Part shown: positions 1 to 12,168 of the stretch, in pieces | Numbering within the stretch: the first letter of the stretch is position 1 | How the letters are laid out: every line of letters starts with the position of its first letter | Source: Trichosphaerium sp. ATCC 40318 | Lineage: Eukaryota > Protista > Tubulinea | Reading direction: 5' to 3' | Length of the DNA stretch: 64,000 nt | NCBI GenBank assembly: GCA_038496445.1 | Contig: JALMLS010000548.1 | Coordinates: 192,586 to 256,585 of the forward strand | Notes under the pieces: model-generated | Told to the model about the DNA's origin: nothing | Seen by the model: only the letters and a program-made list of their open reading frames with translations | The model's database searches: none | Translations under genes and position numbers: made by a program

Positions 1-253
1 ACAGAACTTTGAAAAATGTGCAAGTTTCCAGCTATTTAGCAAGGGTAACAAAAAAAGTGTCAAATAATTTGCTCAAACAAGCATACTACAACTTACTCCT
101 AGCACTGTACCTTTCCTTAAACTACCAAACCAACGCCTATATTTACTTACTGACACCAAGCCGATATTGACTAATCATGTACATTGATTCCTTTATTAAA
201 ACAAAAGAAAACAAAAGCTTCTGGAAATGTTTTGTAAAACAAGATTTTTTTTT

Positions 254-3129
254 TCAAACATTTAGTTCTGTGTCTAGTGTTGCATTTGCTGGTGGACTAC
301 CACCCCATTCTGAATCATCTTGTTGAACCAATGAAACTACAAAGCGCCCACGTGGGTTCTTTTTAACTAGCTCTACAACTTCTTCATCATCTTCTAGTTC
401 TTTACCTTTATATACAACAGAATCAATAGCACTTGCCTAAAAAGCTCTCGGTTATGTTTGACTTTTTTGTTTTTGTTTCAAGGACATGACGTCCCGTACC
501 TGGTTAAGGCCACATACTTCTTGTGCCTTTATGTGAGCTTTTAAATCACTGACATCAATGCCAGTGAATGATAATGATACTGCTTCAGTACCAGGAATCT
601 TAATAGAAACAACTAAAAGACAGAAAAATAAGTAACGAAACTACGGCTTTTTTTGAAACTAAAAAAAAGTGAAAACAAAAACAACTTACCAATGGCGTCA
701 CCGCCTCCATTGGAGCTATCATCTCCCGCAGATGATATACCATTGTTAAGCTGAACATGTGATTTGCTTGGATTATCAGCCTCAATAGTTGCAGCAGCTG
801 CAGGGACACTGCCATAGACAGTATTTCCGTTATTTGTATCAGCATCAATCTTTACGCTTTTCTCTGATTCTTCAAGAGCAGCGTCCTTATCAGGCGGCAT
901 GCCTTTGTAGTCAGTTACATCACCTTCATCTTCTTTTGTTTTTATTCTATCCCTTTCAGATAGTAGAATAGGTTCTTCTTCTGATACATTAGAGGCTCCA
1001 TTTGTCAACGTATCAGATAAAAGGAATGTTGTAAGTATCGATACAATAATATTTATAAAAAAGGCAAAAAAGAAGATTGTCCAAGCTCCTACAAGTCATA
1101 AAATTAGCCAATATTTCACATACACCAATTTAAAAACAAATATGTTCATTGCAGTTTGTTTGCTTTTAGGAAGAAGCAATGAAAGAAGTGATATTTATGA
1201 AAACAAAGTTGAAGTTTAATAAAAAACGAACCGACTGGAGAAGCAGACAATGGCGTCAGAAAGAACCCTACTAGTCCAATAGCAGCCAAAGAGAACAGAG
1301 ACACTGCAAGCGTTAGCCTACTTGTTTTTACAAACTGAACACGTGCTGCAGAGCGACGTGTGATGGCGTGTTTGTATGTTAAATTAGGTGATAAATAAGT
1401 TATCACTATAAGAAGCGAGAATACAAGTTTTACGATTAGAAATACAAGTAATGATATGTAAAACACGAAAGATGAACGAGGATCAGTTATACCTAATAGA
1501 TTAAGTGTAAGAAATCTAACTTATGGTGTATAAAAAGTTCAGATTTGATTCTTTGAAAATAAAAGCCACAGTACACTTGTCACACGTGTTGGGTTCTTTT
1601 TGCGATGCGCTGTGGTATTAATGGTTTGGGAATTTGGACTTACCGTCATTGATATTTAGAGCCCTTAGTACACCGAATATAAGTTCGAAGATAAATACAC
1701 CAACAATACCACCAACCCAAACACGTGAGTGGTTTGTTACTAGTGTATGAATCTTTCCAGCTATTCCTGAAGGAGTTGAAATGATTTGTTGCCTAAAATA
1801 GTGAGTATTGTGTCAACATAAGAAAGATGACTTTGTAAACTATCATCAAGCATAATTCAGAAAAACAACAACGTACAGGTAAGTGAAAACAAGCATCAAA
1901 GAAGCATTTGTGAGCGGGTTCAATAACAGGAAAATAAATTGATGATGAAAGTCAACACCATTAAAGTATGGCATTGTTAGTACATTACGAATACGTGGTC
2001 TAGGTGCAATAACAAAATACAATGCACGAACTAATATACAAAGTCAGATTTGACAAAAATACAAAAAAAAAGTAAAAAAACAGCTATCGAGTTCAAGTGA
2101 TTGATGAGTAAATAGAATGGATCTCTTCGATACAAATAAACACCACGATTTTTCTATACTCAAATCAGAGTAAAAGACTTGCAAATAGACTAATTTTTCT
2201 GACGTCACAAGGCGAAAAACATTAAACGAAAAAAGTGTCAAAAAAAAAAAAAGAAGAAATGAACGTACCAATATTAGTTATAAGTTCTAGTGTGAGTATA
2301 AAGTACCCTAAAGGCACACTACATCCAAACCGTGTAAAAAATAATAGTAGCTTATAGAAAGCAATAGCTACACCAACAGCAGCACCTAAACCAAGTATAC
2401 TCTGCCATACATAAACCGCAGGTGAATTCTCACTTTTTATCCATCCGTTTTCGCTGTCTACAAAAACTCAAATGTCAATAAACAACATCACCTCTTTTGT
2501 CGAACCTGTGTTGTCGATGTCCACACTGACATTCGCATTTTGGTTTAAAATCTGCCTCAGAGCACTTGCATCACCCTCTGAAATGCCAAGGATAGGGAAA
2601 ATAAAGTTATCGCCGTCTGGGAGGGTATATTGCGTCCGGCCAGGCGTGCCTGTAGTTATTGTACTTAGCAACATACAAAACAGTACGTGGCTTGGTTAAT
2701 ATGACGTACCATCATCCTCCCAGAATATAGCTGCGAATGGAGGACCACGAGTTTGTAAAATAGTTAACTGATTTTCAATTGGTCGTGCAACCTCTAGTAA
2801 TACGATTGTTCGGCGCAATTCAGTTGCAGTGACTGTAGCAAGATCACTTGCACTTATAAACAATAGTTCTCTTGTTCCAGCGCCTTCAAAACTTGTTGCA
2901 GCGCGTGCAATATCCAATGGAACTACAACCAAGGGCTCTAGATTAAATTGAATTTAGTTTGCAAAGGTTAGCACATAATACACCTACACCACGCACCTAT
3001 AACACCCTCGGGGTTTGTCACTGTAAGTAAAGCGTTTGATACGCAAACAAATAAAAAAAGTAATAAAGCTGCCAACCGTTAGTACTTGAAACGTACAGTA
3101 AGGTGGTACCACATACGCAGGGAAGGCAT
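254..3129 (-). CDS. Signal peptide + PA-like domain + multi-pass (about 7 TM) membrane protein with acidic linker and C-terminal ubiquitin-like domain (spliced)
   Basis: ATG at 3129 followed by a hydrophobic leader. PA-like segment 'RRTIVLLE...AAIFWEDD...FPILGISEGDASALRQIL'. Several hydrophobic helices across 1000-2450. C-terminal 'VSDLKAHIKAQE...VVYKGKELEDDE'. TGA at 254-256. Confidence 0.65.
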
Positions 3130-3441
3130 TTTATCACTTTTTACCATAATTTAGCCTTTATAAATAAATAATGCAACACCACCGACACAACGCACAGTTG
3201 TATTGGTTACGCGCGCTCGAAAATAACAGTGAACGCAGTTTTATACCTGCCTTAACCACAGTACAAAAACAAAAAATTGAAAGTTAACACAACGAGTAAA
3301 GTGATGGTAAAATCAAGCTCTTAGAGTACACTACAGATTCTCGTACAAAATTGAATAGCAAGTAGCCGAGCGTCAACACTAAATAATTCGTAACGCTCAT
3401 GTTGGGGTCTTTTTTTTATAATGCTAGAGAGCAGTTAAACT

Positions 3442-4991
3442 CTACCACTGTGGGTTCTTTCCTTGTTCTTCCAATTGCTTGTAGAGCTTGGCAACTTGGG
3501 CAACCTTCTTTGTAAATGCTTGTTGTAATTCTACCCATTTAGCGGTAACATCAGTGTCGCTCAATTGCTTTTGGTTATCGCGCATCTATAATACAATTAA
3601 CGCTTCATTTTTTGAATGTAACTTGGGCAGCATACCATAGTGTCAAGTTCTTTGACCTCTTTTTTGTATTGTGCTTGTACCAAATCCTCAGATTGTGTCC
3701 TCTAAGTCAAAGTGAGTAATTCAAATAAGGAACAATATTTTTTGAATAAATTTCAGTTTAAAGCAAAGACAATTTGCTACATTTCGTACAGCCTTAAGGA
3801 GCTCCATCCAGTGCTTACGAGAAGCAGCGTTCTGTGTGTAATCAGTTACGCCATGAGGAAGACGAAGTTTATATCCTCTAAGACCTTCTTCGTACTATCC
3901 AACCGTTAATAAAAAAATAATAAAAACAACGCTAAAAAAAAGGCCTTAATTATACCTCAACAGTAAGTTGGAGCTTGTCGTCAGTAATCTTGAGTTGCTG
4001 AGCGACAGTCTTTCTGTAAAAATTCAAAATGCCAGCTTCGATTGGTTGAGGGACAACCAATTGTACGTCAACAATACCACTGTAAACCTACGTTACACGT
4101 TAAAAATAAATAAAAATAACACGAGCGAAGCTGTTACAGCGATAGCTTTTCAAAAAAAAACGCACTTGGAATGCTTGAAGCAAAGCCTCAGCTACTTTGA
4201 CCATAACTGCCATATTAGTGGCTTTGATAAGTGGTTCTTGGAGGAGTTAGTGAAATCCATGCAGAAATGTATAATGTTTTTTTTTGAAGGCGCACCAATA
4301 AAGTATTTGACAGTTTCAGGCTTTAGGGTCTTGAAAATGTCTTGTCTCTTTTGAAGCTCTTCAAATTTGACTTGATCCTAACGCGGGTGTAAGAAAAGAA
4401 GTTTAGTGTAGGCGCGAAATAAGGCCACTAGCGTTGTAAAGCGAGGTAATGTGAGCTAATTGGTCGTTTTCTTTCATATTAACACTACTTCGTACCGAAG
4501 CGACCGTACAAAGGACTACGGTGTCGAAATCTTCGTTTTTCTTGTTGTGGGCAACGATCCGTTTCAAGTCGCTTCCTACAGTAGCAAGGGAGGCTTTGGC
4601 GTTTACCATGCCATTAAAAATACTCTTGGCCAATCTACCATCCTCTCCAGTGATTGTCATTTCCACCTGTGCGAGTTTAGCAGATGTTGAAACAAAATAA
4701 AACAAAACTCACTTCAGAATCTTTGCTCTTTGCGACTGTCTTGTTTTTGGTCCACCACTCGTCCAATTGGCGAGATAATTTTTCTGAAGGAAACAATTGC
4801 TCCATGTTGGCGGAAATAAATTCCATAGCGTCGTCACTGCCAGCAGCAATTTTCTCTGAGGCTATCCTTTCCAAGGCTGGGTTTGCATAATAGCGAACTT
4901 GAACACGTCTTTCAGCTCTACGGCCTTTTTGGGTTGCTTTTTTTGCAGCAACCGAAGCTCTGGCACGACAAGCGGTGCGTACGAGGTGCAT
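3442..4991 (-). CDS. ATP5PO: Divergent mitochondrial ATP synthase OSCP (delta family) subunit with N- and C-terminal extensions
   Basis: Arg/Ala-rich presequence MHLVRTACRARASVAAKK. 'TGEDGRLAKSIF' resembles OSCP GIEGRYATALY, and 'KLQLTVEYEEGLRGYKLRLPHGVTDYT' resembles [27 protein letters not shown]. TAG at 3442. Confidence 0.6.
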
Positions 4992-5283
4992 TTTTTTTTG
5001 AACTTGTGCCTTAGAACAAATATCGCGTAAGGCAACCCAACCACAATACACGCTTTGCTAAAGGTTGCTTACAGCATCACCTGTCGTAAAAGACGGTTGA
5101 AAAACCTTGTTTGCGCTCACAAAAAAAAATTATCAAATCTGTTTGTTACAAACGTTGTAACGTATTGAGAATATGGACGTTAAAGCGTTATCGCGCAATT
5201 ACTGCACACTTTTATTTTGGTCGTCTTTTGTACTTGCTTAGTTACTCTCTGTCACTTTTCATATTATCTCTCGTACTCGCATT

Positions 5284-8200
5284 ATGGCAGCCACGCAAGA
5301 GATTAAGGTTACCGGCGCAACAGGTGCCACCAAGAGACCCCGCCGTTGGCATAGTTTTGGCCCTAATAATGCCATCAGACCAGTTAAACCTTTATTTGTA
5401 AAGAGGAGATCGTCTGAGAAGATAAGCACGGATGGCGAGACAGAGGTCACGTTGCGGGTGTCACAATTAAACACCTCCACACCAGCCCCAAAGGTGTCAG
5501 TAAAGCAAGACCATATAATGGTACTACCTACTGTGGGTGAAAATGAAGCGGTACGTAGTTAAAACGAAGAGGATACTTGAATTACTGCGCGACAAGCAAA
5601 GTATCACCACCCTCAAAGGGTTATAAATAACATACAGAACAAATAACCTAATTTTGTTTTTATCTTAAATTCTAATTTCTTGATTATTAGGATGGCTCTT
5701 CGGATCAGTCTACATCCGCAGCTACAGAACAGGTACTAAAAAATATCACGTTTTTTTTTTTTTGCTTTTTCGACCTCTTCAGAAAAAATTCGTTCTCTTG
5801 TTGTTTTTGTGTTGCTGATCCCTTCTTAAAAGGTGTCATCACCACCGAGAAAACGTGTTTCATTGGTAGCTTCTACTCCAAGGTACAATTCTTTTGTAGA
5901 AAAACTTCGAGTTCATTGAGAGCATTTTTTTTGTTGGGCCATTTATTGCTTTTTTCTTATCGAGGTAATTTTTTTTTAGACCTTCCAACCCTTCACCAGT
6001 AACTCGTAACGCGTCAAATCCTTCAGTAGTACCTAAACCGACGGTAATGTGCTTCTTTATTTATTCAAACACTTTGTGTTTCCCTCCATGACGCCACATT
6101 TTTCCTTATGATTCATTATAGGGCCCTGTTGTATCTGTATCTGTTGAACCTCCACGGAATGCAGGTAATGGTTTTTTTTTCATTAAAATTTGAGGTCTGG
6201 AACCAAAAATTATTGACCTTCTTTGTCTTTTTTCGAGCGCTCTTTACATCACATTGATATTTATTTAATTAAATAGCGCCTAAAAAAACGTTGCCAAAGA
6301 ACTTGCGCGTGAAGCGTAGAGCAAACTCGCTATCCAGACCACCAACAAGAACGGCAAGGAGAACTTATAGAGGTTAGTAGGCTTACTACCAGTTTTGCAG
6401 TAGTTGTTCTCTAACCATTGTTTCTTTTTCAGGGCTTGGTGTTGATGAATTAAATACAGCTAAATTAGCGTTCCAAAAGTACGACGAGGATAGAGACGGT
6501 AAAATTAACAGGTAAGGTCACTTTAACGTTTTTTTTTGAAAGTTTCAAAAAAGGCGAATTATTTTGAGACACCACGTGATAACGCACGTGAAATATGTTT
6601 TTTTGTTTTGCATAAAAAAAGGTGGTTGTATCAAAGCATATATAATATCGCTTGCCTAGAAGCAAGAAAAAGAAAAGTAAAGAACATCAAGCTTGTAGTT
6701 TCTGTACGTTTTTTTTATCTAATCGAGATTTTCGCTACAGGGAGTCATTTTACCTTTGGGTACATGATGTTATGGTAAGTCGTAATAAGCGGCTCGGAAA
6801 AAGACTACTGAAGAGGCTCGCAGATATGCACTGGAGTGTACGATTTCGCATTTATTTTTTTCACAAAGATATGTCTGACAATTTTTCCTTTAGAAACTAC
6901 ACGGTGGTAGAAAGACAGAAGAGATTACATTTGATGAATTCTTGCGTGTATACTCATACTTAATTTTGGACTTTGTGTAAACTCGAGTATGACCAAAATC
7001 AGCGTAGTTTATTAGAATGTAAGCAAAAGAAAAAAAAATGTTTCTCAAAAAAAATGACCTGTAACGTTTACGGATAAACTCGTGTTGACTTTGTAAGTTT
7101 ACAATCCCATACTCTACAACGTAATAAAACGAAAGTAACGCTTTGCGGTTATGCACACGAGACTTGTCACATACAAACGGCTCCAAAGCGTCAGAATATG
7201 CCATAGACGGTTTTCTATAACGCAAGATCGTACGTTGCGCCTGTATATCAGTCGTAGAGTATTGTTTTACTCCATGTCATTTTAATTGTCATTACAGCCA
7301 GTCTTGGCGATGTGGAACGTACTAGAACGTATGTAGAATCAAAATCTATTAAATTATCATTAAAACTGACAAAACAACGTAGACGCATGCCAAGGGAGTA
7401 TTGGATGCAGTTGGGTAACCAAAAAGCCAGGCTAGAGCAAGTTGCTGAACATTTGGGTGTCAAAACAATGACAGATTGGTACAATGTAACAAGAGACGAG
7501 ATGGTAGCTGCTGGGGCTAGTGGTATATTCGCTACGTAAGTTTCCTTGATCTTAACTGCGTTTTAAAGTATTTTTTGTACAGCGGCTATGACTGCATTGT
7601 ATCTTGCTTGAGTACTCTCTATCCAACTTATAGCTTTGTTCCTTGGAAGTTCCAGTACGTACAAAGCCTTAGCCTATTCTAGTGCGACTAAGTCCGTGTT
7701 TAGGCGCGTTCCGAAGTATGTTTTGGGAGACCTTGTAATTCAACTTGAAATTATTGAAGAAATCGGAGAAGCGTTATCTATAAAGCACTTGGATGACTGG
7801 TATAATGTATCTGTTAGATGTATATCTGAAAAAGGAGGATCAAGTCTACTTTCAACGTACAATAAATCAGTGGCGAAGTGTGTTGGCGCTTTGTACCCTC
7901 ATCACAAGTGGGTACCTTGGAAGTTCAGGTAAGTCATTGAACATTTTATTGTTTGATGTTATGAGCTTGTTCTGACTTCTCCTAGAAACTTGGCTACGCA
8001 TTTATGGACTCAAGAGAAAAGAAAGAGAGCAAGATTTGATAAAGTTGCGAAAAACTTGGGTGTCAAAGATCTTGAACAATGGTATACTGTTAGTTCTCAA
8101 GATATTGAAAGTCAAGGTGTTAATTCTTTGATAATGTACGTTCATTCTCCTCAATAGAAGTGTTTTGATATTAAAGATGATATAGGAAGTATTATGAAGG

Positions 8201-9226
8201 ATCTGTGCCTAAATGTATTGCGGATATTTATCCAGAGTTTAACTGGAAGCCTTGGAAGTTTGAGTACGTCTTTTTTAAATCTCCACGTTTTTGTTATGTC
8301 TCTCATTTCCTTGCTTTCTAATGCTATGAACAAACTTGAAAATTTGTTGCGTAAAACTGAGTGTTGAGATTAATGTGTTTTGTTTTGTTTAGGGCGGTGC
8401 CAAGGAACTTTTGGGATAACCTGTCCAATCAAAAACTCTTCTTTGCAGAACTAGAAGCAAAGTATAACATGAAGACACTTGATCAATGGTATAGAAATAT
8501 AAAGTATACTGAAATAGCACGTGGTATAAGCGAGAGGTAAGATAATCGAAAGAACTCTTGAGAGCCAAAAAAGGAGAAACTTACACCAAGTTTTTTTGAT
8601 TTAGATATGGAACAATCACAAATACCTTGAAGGCTATTTATCCTAACTACAAATGGAATATTTCAAAGTTTCACTGGAATATGCCTTCTCCTTGGAATAA
8701 ACCAGGACAAGTAGCATTCTTGGAGAAGTTACAAAAACGTGCTCTTGTTACAAGTCCAGATATGTGGTAAGAGTTATTAAAAAAACATATTTTTTTAGTC
8801 TGCATACCGCAACCAATATTATACAAACAAATTGAAGCCTCAGTTGTTGCTTCTCAATATTTACTAAATTATCTGTACTATGACCAAGCAATAGCGCATT
8901 CCTTTCTGATTTGTTCACCTCCAAAAGTGTTTTTTTGAATAACTTCTTGCATGAACTAATTTCTATGAAGGTATCGTATTTCTGTCAGAACGATAATATA
9001 TTATGGAGGAGCAGAGATGATAAAAGCAAAACTATGGCCAAGAGCTTTAGCTCACTTTGAGCCTAACTTCACGTTTGATTGGGCTAAGTTTAACCAAGCA
9101 CGCAAAGCGGCTAGACAAAGGTGCGTACATACTGATGAACCCAAAAAAACAAGTTCAATCTTCGTAATAATTCTTGTTAGGGCGCTCACTTATTCCCTAA
9201 CTAATCTGTTTGATAACGTAATATGA
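5284..9226 (+). CDS. Protein with low-complexity N-terminus, EF-hand pair and tandem 'LGVK..DWY.V...YP...PWKF' helical repeats
   Basis: EF-hand AFQKYDEDRDGKI (about 6467-6507) and ITFDEFL. At least five repeats such as LGVKTMTDWYNV...LYPTYSFVPWKF and LSIKHLDDWYNV...LYPHHKWVPWKF. GT-AG introns link the exons. Confidence 0.6.
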
Positions 9227-9546
9227 TTCAACTATTGCATGATGAAAGAAGTTGATGTACCTCAGTGTTATACTACACGTTAAATCTTGTTGTTGAAAGA
9301 AAGTTAAACATTCTACAAGATGAAGAAAGGTATGGAAGTGTTTTTACTTTTTTTGCAAAAATGTATCTTTGTTAATTATCCAAGAAGCAGAAAAAGGATT
9401 TCTTCAGTATCTGGGATGTTTAGATTCCTGGACAGCTTTACAGCTTGGATACAAAGGGTCGTAGAGCCAACACCAAAACAAATTCAAAGAACAAGATCAG
9501 AGGCTGTAAAAAAACAGATTTTTTACGGAGGGTGGTGTTTATTATG

Positions 9547-11827
9547 TCATACACTATCGATGACAAGTACCCAATCATTCTCAGGATTATCATATGAAGA
9601 CAATGGAGTAAATTGAACCAAACCAGTATTTTCTATTTCACCAAGATGTATCACTTTACCGTTTCTTGGATCTATCCAAGAGGTTGTTACTGAACTTGAT
9701 TTGATAACAGAAAGGTCAAGTGTAAAAGCAGCTCCTCTAGTGGAATACACAAATGCGAATGATCCGTCACCTGTAAAAATATATTAGATAAAGCGATATC
9801 TAAGTAAAATTTTTTCAAAGCAATAAAGCAATAAAGAAAAAAACAAGAAAACTTTCACGCAAGTAATTAAAACAAACGTTCTTTAATGATATTGACAGTG
9901 TGTGTTGTATGTATGAAACGCAATCATTGACTAATCAAAGCTTGGTGATTGTACATCGAAAGAAAAAAACAGCGACAACTTTATAAAACAAACTCTGTTA
10001 TTTTTCTGCGCGTACTTGCGTATGTTCCAATTGTGATGTCACAGTTTTGTAAATCTCCAGCGTTTGGTACAAGTTTTCTTTCGTGATCTGGAATCAAGAG
10101 TGTCCAATCACGTGATGTCGCTAGATTTTTCAAATGTTGAAGCTGCGATGAACCTAGTGCACATACTATGGTAAGTAACGTTCAAAACAATAAAATAAAC
10201 AACAGGGAGAATAAAAAATTGTACCTGGAAAGGATAAGGCGCGCTTCCAACTAAATCCAGCACTTCTTGCTTTTGTATGTTAGTAAAAACCAGCAAGAAA
10301 GAAGCTTAAAGTTTTGCTTACCTGAACCACCAGAAAAATCCCATATAGCGTTAGCGCCATAAGTATACCCAAAAGCTCCAGCAAAAACCTAAAGTGATAA
10401 TCACACCATGAACACGAAACTGAACTTACGCTCCAATATGCGTTAAGTCTAACACCATTGATCATTGTAGTACCTAACAACACTTGATTAGACACCTGCT
10501 ATTAATTTAGACTACGTACGGCATACCACAGTATGTGTAAATATCCATCTCGTACGCGCCCTCGCCCATAAAAGTAGGCAGAGTTGGTTTCATATTGTAA
10601 TCTTTGGATATAAGCGATTCGATCTTATTGTACTGAACCCACCCTGACTACCATCTCTGTTAGGACGACTAACTCCCACGAATTGGTAAGGGTGGTACTT
10701 GGATAAGATTAAAACTCAGCCAAGCATCTCCATGAAACATCTCTGATGAAGAATGCCCAGAAGAGGGGTGATAAGTCATTAGCAACTTTCTTATAGGTTT
10801 CACTTAGTTTTGTCATTGTATGCTTTTGTACGCACTTCCACGTGGGATTTGAGGTGTCATTCCATTTTGGTCTAGTTCCACCAACGTATCCCTGAGCTAT
10901 ACCTTCAGCCATCATCCGGTAAACATCAACAGAGTCGCCTATCCCGGCGAAACGTCAGGATGATATTTACTAGTTAAAGTCTACCTGTGAGCGGGAAAGG
11001 CGTGTCACCGCCAAGAACGAACACTACGTTTGTTTTGTTTTGTAGTAAATTGCCGATGTACTGTATGTTAAATTAGGTGCTTATTAGTAGTGTCAAGTAT
11101 TGGTGTACCTTGCCATATATGTATGCATTTGACGGATTAAAGATTACTTGGCTACCATACACAAAGATGCTTCCCCATTGCGGCCTTTCTTTTGTTAGTA
11201 AAGGTATAGCTTTGTAGACAATTATACCATAGTGCTATGTAAAGATTCATTGATGCTGCTTGATCTATAACACTTGACACCTGTGTTGACATTATCAAAA
11301 ACTATATTTCGGAGAGCAGTGTACATAGTTAAAAAACTTAGGATTCGGCTTTGTAGGATCCCTATGCTTCTCATCAGTGAAAGCCCAGTCTCCATTAGCG
11401 TTGGGGCGATCTATTCCCCCGAAAGAAAGTGCAGTCTATTTGTGTTTTAATACGTGTTCACAAGGAAGCCAAACAGCGAAGCTAGATTTTTTTTTTGAAG
11501 AACTTTTCTTGCGAAAAGGATGGAACTTACCGCTTGTATTACATTAAACCCCTTTCCAACACGATCTTTAAAGTACTGAGATACATCACCGGTCTTTAAC
11601 GAGTGAAATAAATCCCAAGCAGTTGCGCCAGCCCAAAAAAACGGTTTATTTCCTTCTTGCGCTAGTATTCTATTCTCGCCTTTTAAACAACTCTACGTAA
11701 GCTCGCTTCAACAAACAGTTGTGGATTACATGCCTGGACCTGTGCGAGAGTACACTTGTAGGCGTGGTAATTCAGAACTGACAACAGCTACACAAAGTAA
11801 CACAACAAACCCTAAACTAACTTTCAT
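9547..11827 (-). CDS. Secreted DUF4038/apiosidase-like glycoside hydrolase (GH140-like) with C-terminal collagen-binding-like domain
   Basis: Signal peptide [17 protein letters not shown]. Motifs [39 protein letters not shown], and C-terminal WIDPRNG...DWVLVI. Confidence 0.8.
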
Positions 11828-12168
11828 CGTTAACGACTTGGTAATTGATTTTGTTGTGAAGAATGCACGTGACTGGAAGTGTCAAGAGAACATTACATCT
11901 GCCTCTATTTGGCAAAGTTGTTAGATGTTGACAACCAATTTTAACCACGTGATGGACATGTGTAAGAATCGTACTTTAGAATACCGTAGCGAGCTATAAG
12001 GTCACTTGCAACTTGCGCTTTCCCTTACTGTTCTCAAAGAACATTGTTCTTGACAGGCTGTTTACAACATCTAGGCTTCCGTAACAGCTGTATTGTTCGC
12101 TGTCACTGTTGTAAAACTGGATATTTTTAGAGCAAGCTAAGCAGTATGTTAAGTCAGATTCTCAGGTC

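Noticed and set aside
6652-6963. GNAT acetyltransferase-like ORF (VSRNKRLGKRLLKRL)
   Set aside because: That segment lies in an intron starting gtaagt at about 6775. The spliced frame gives an EF-hand pair instead.
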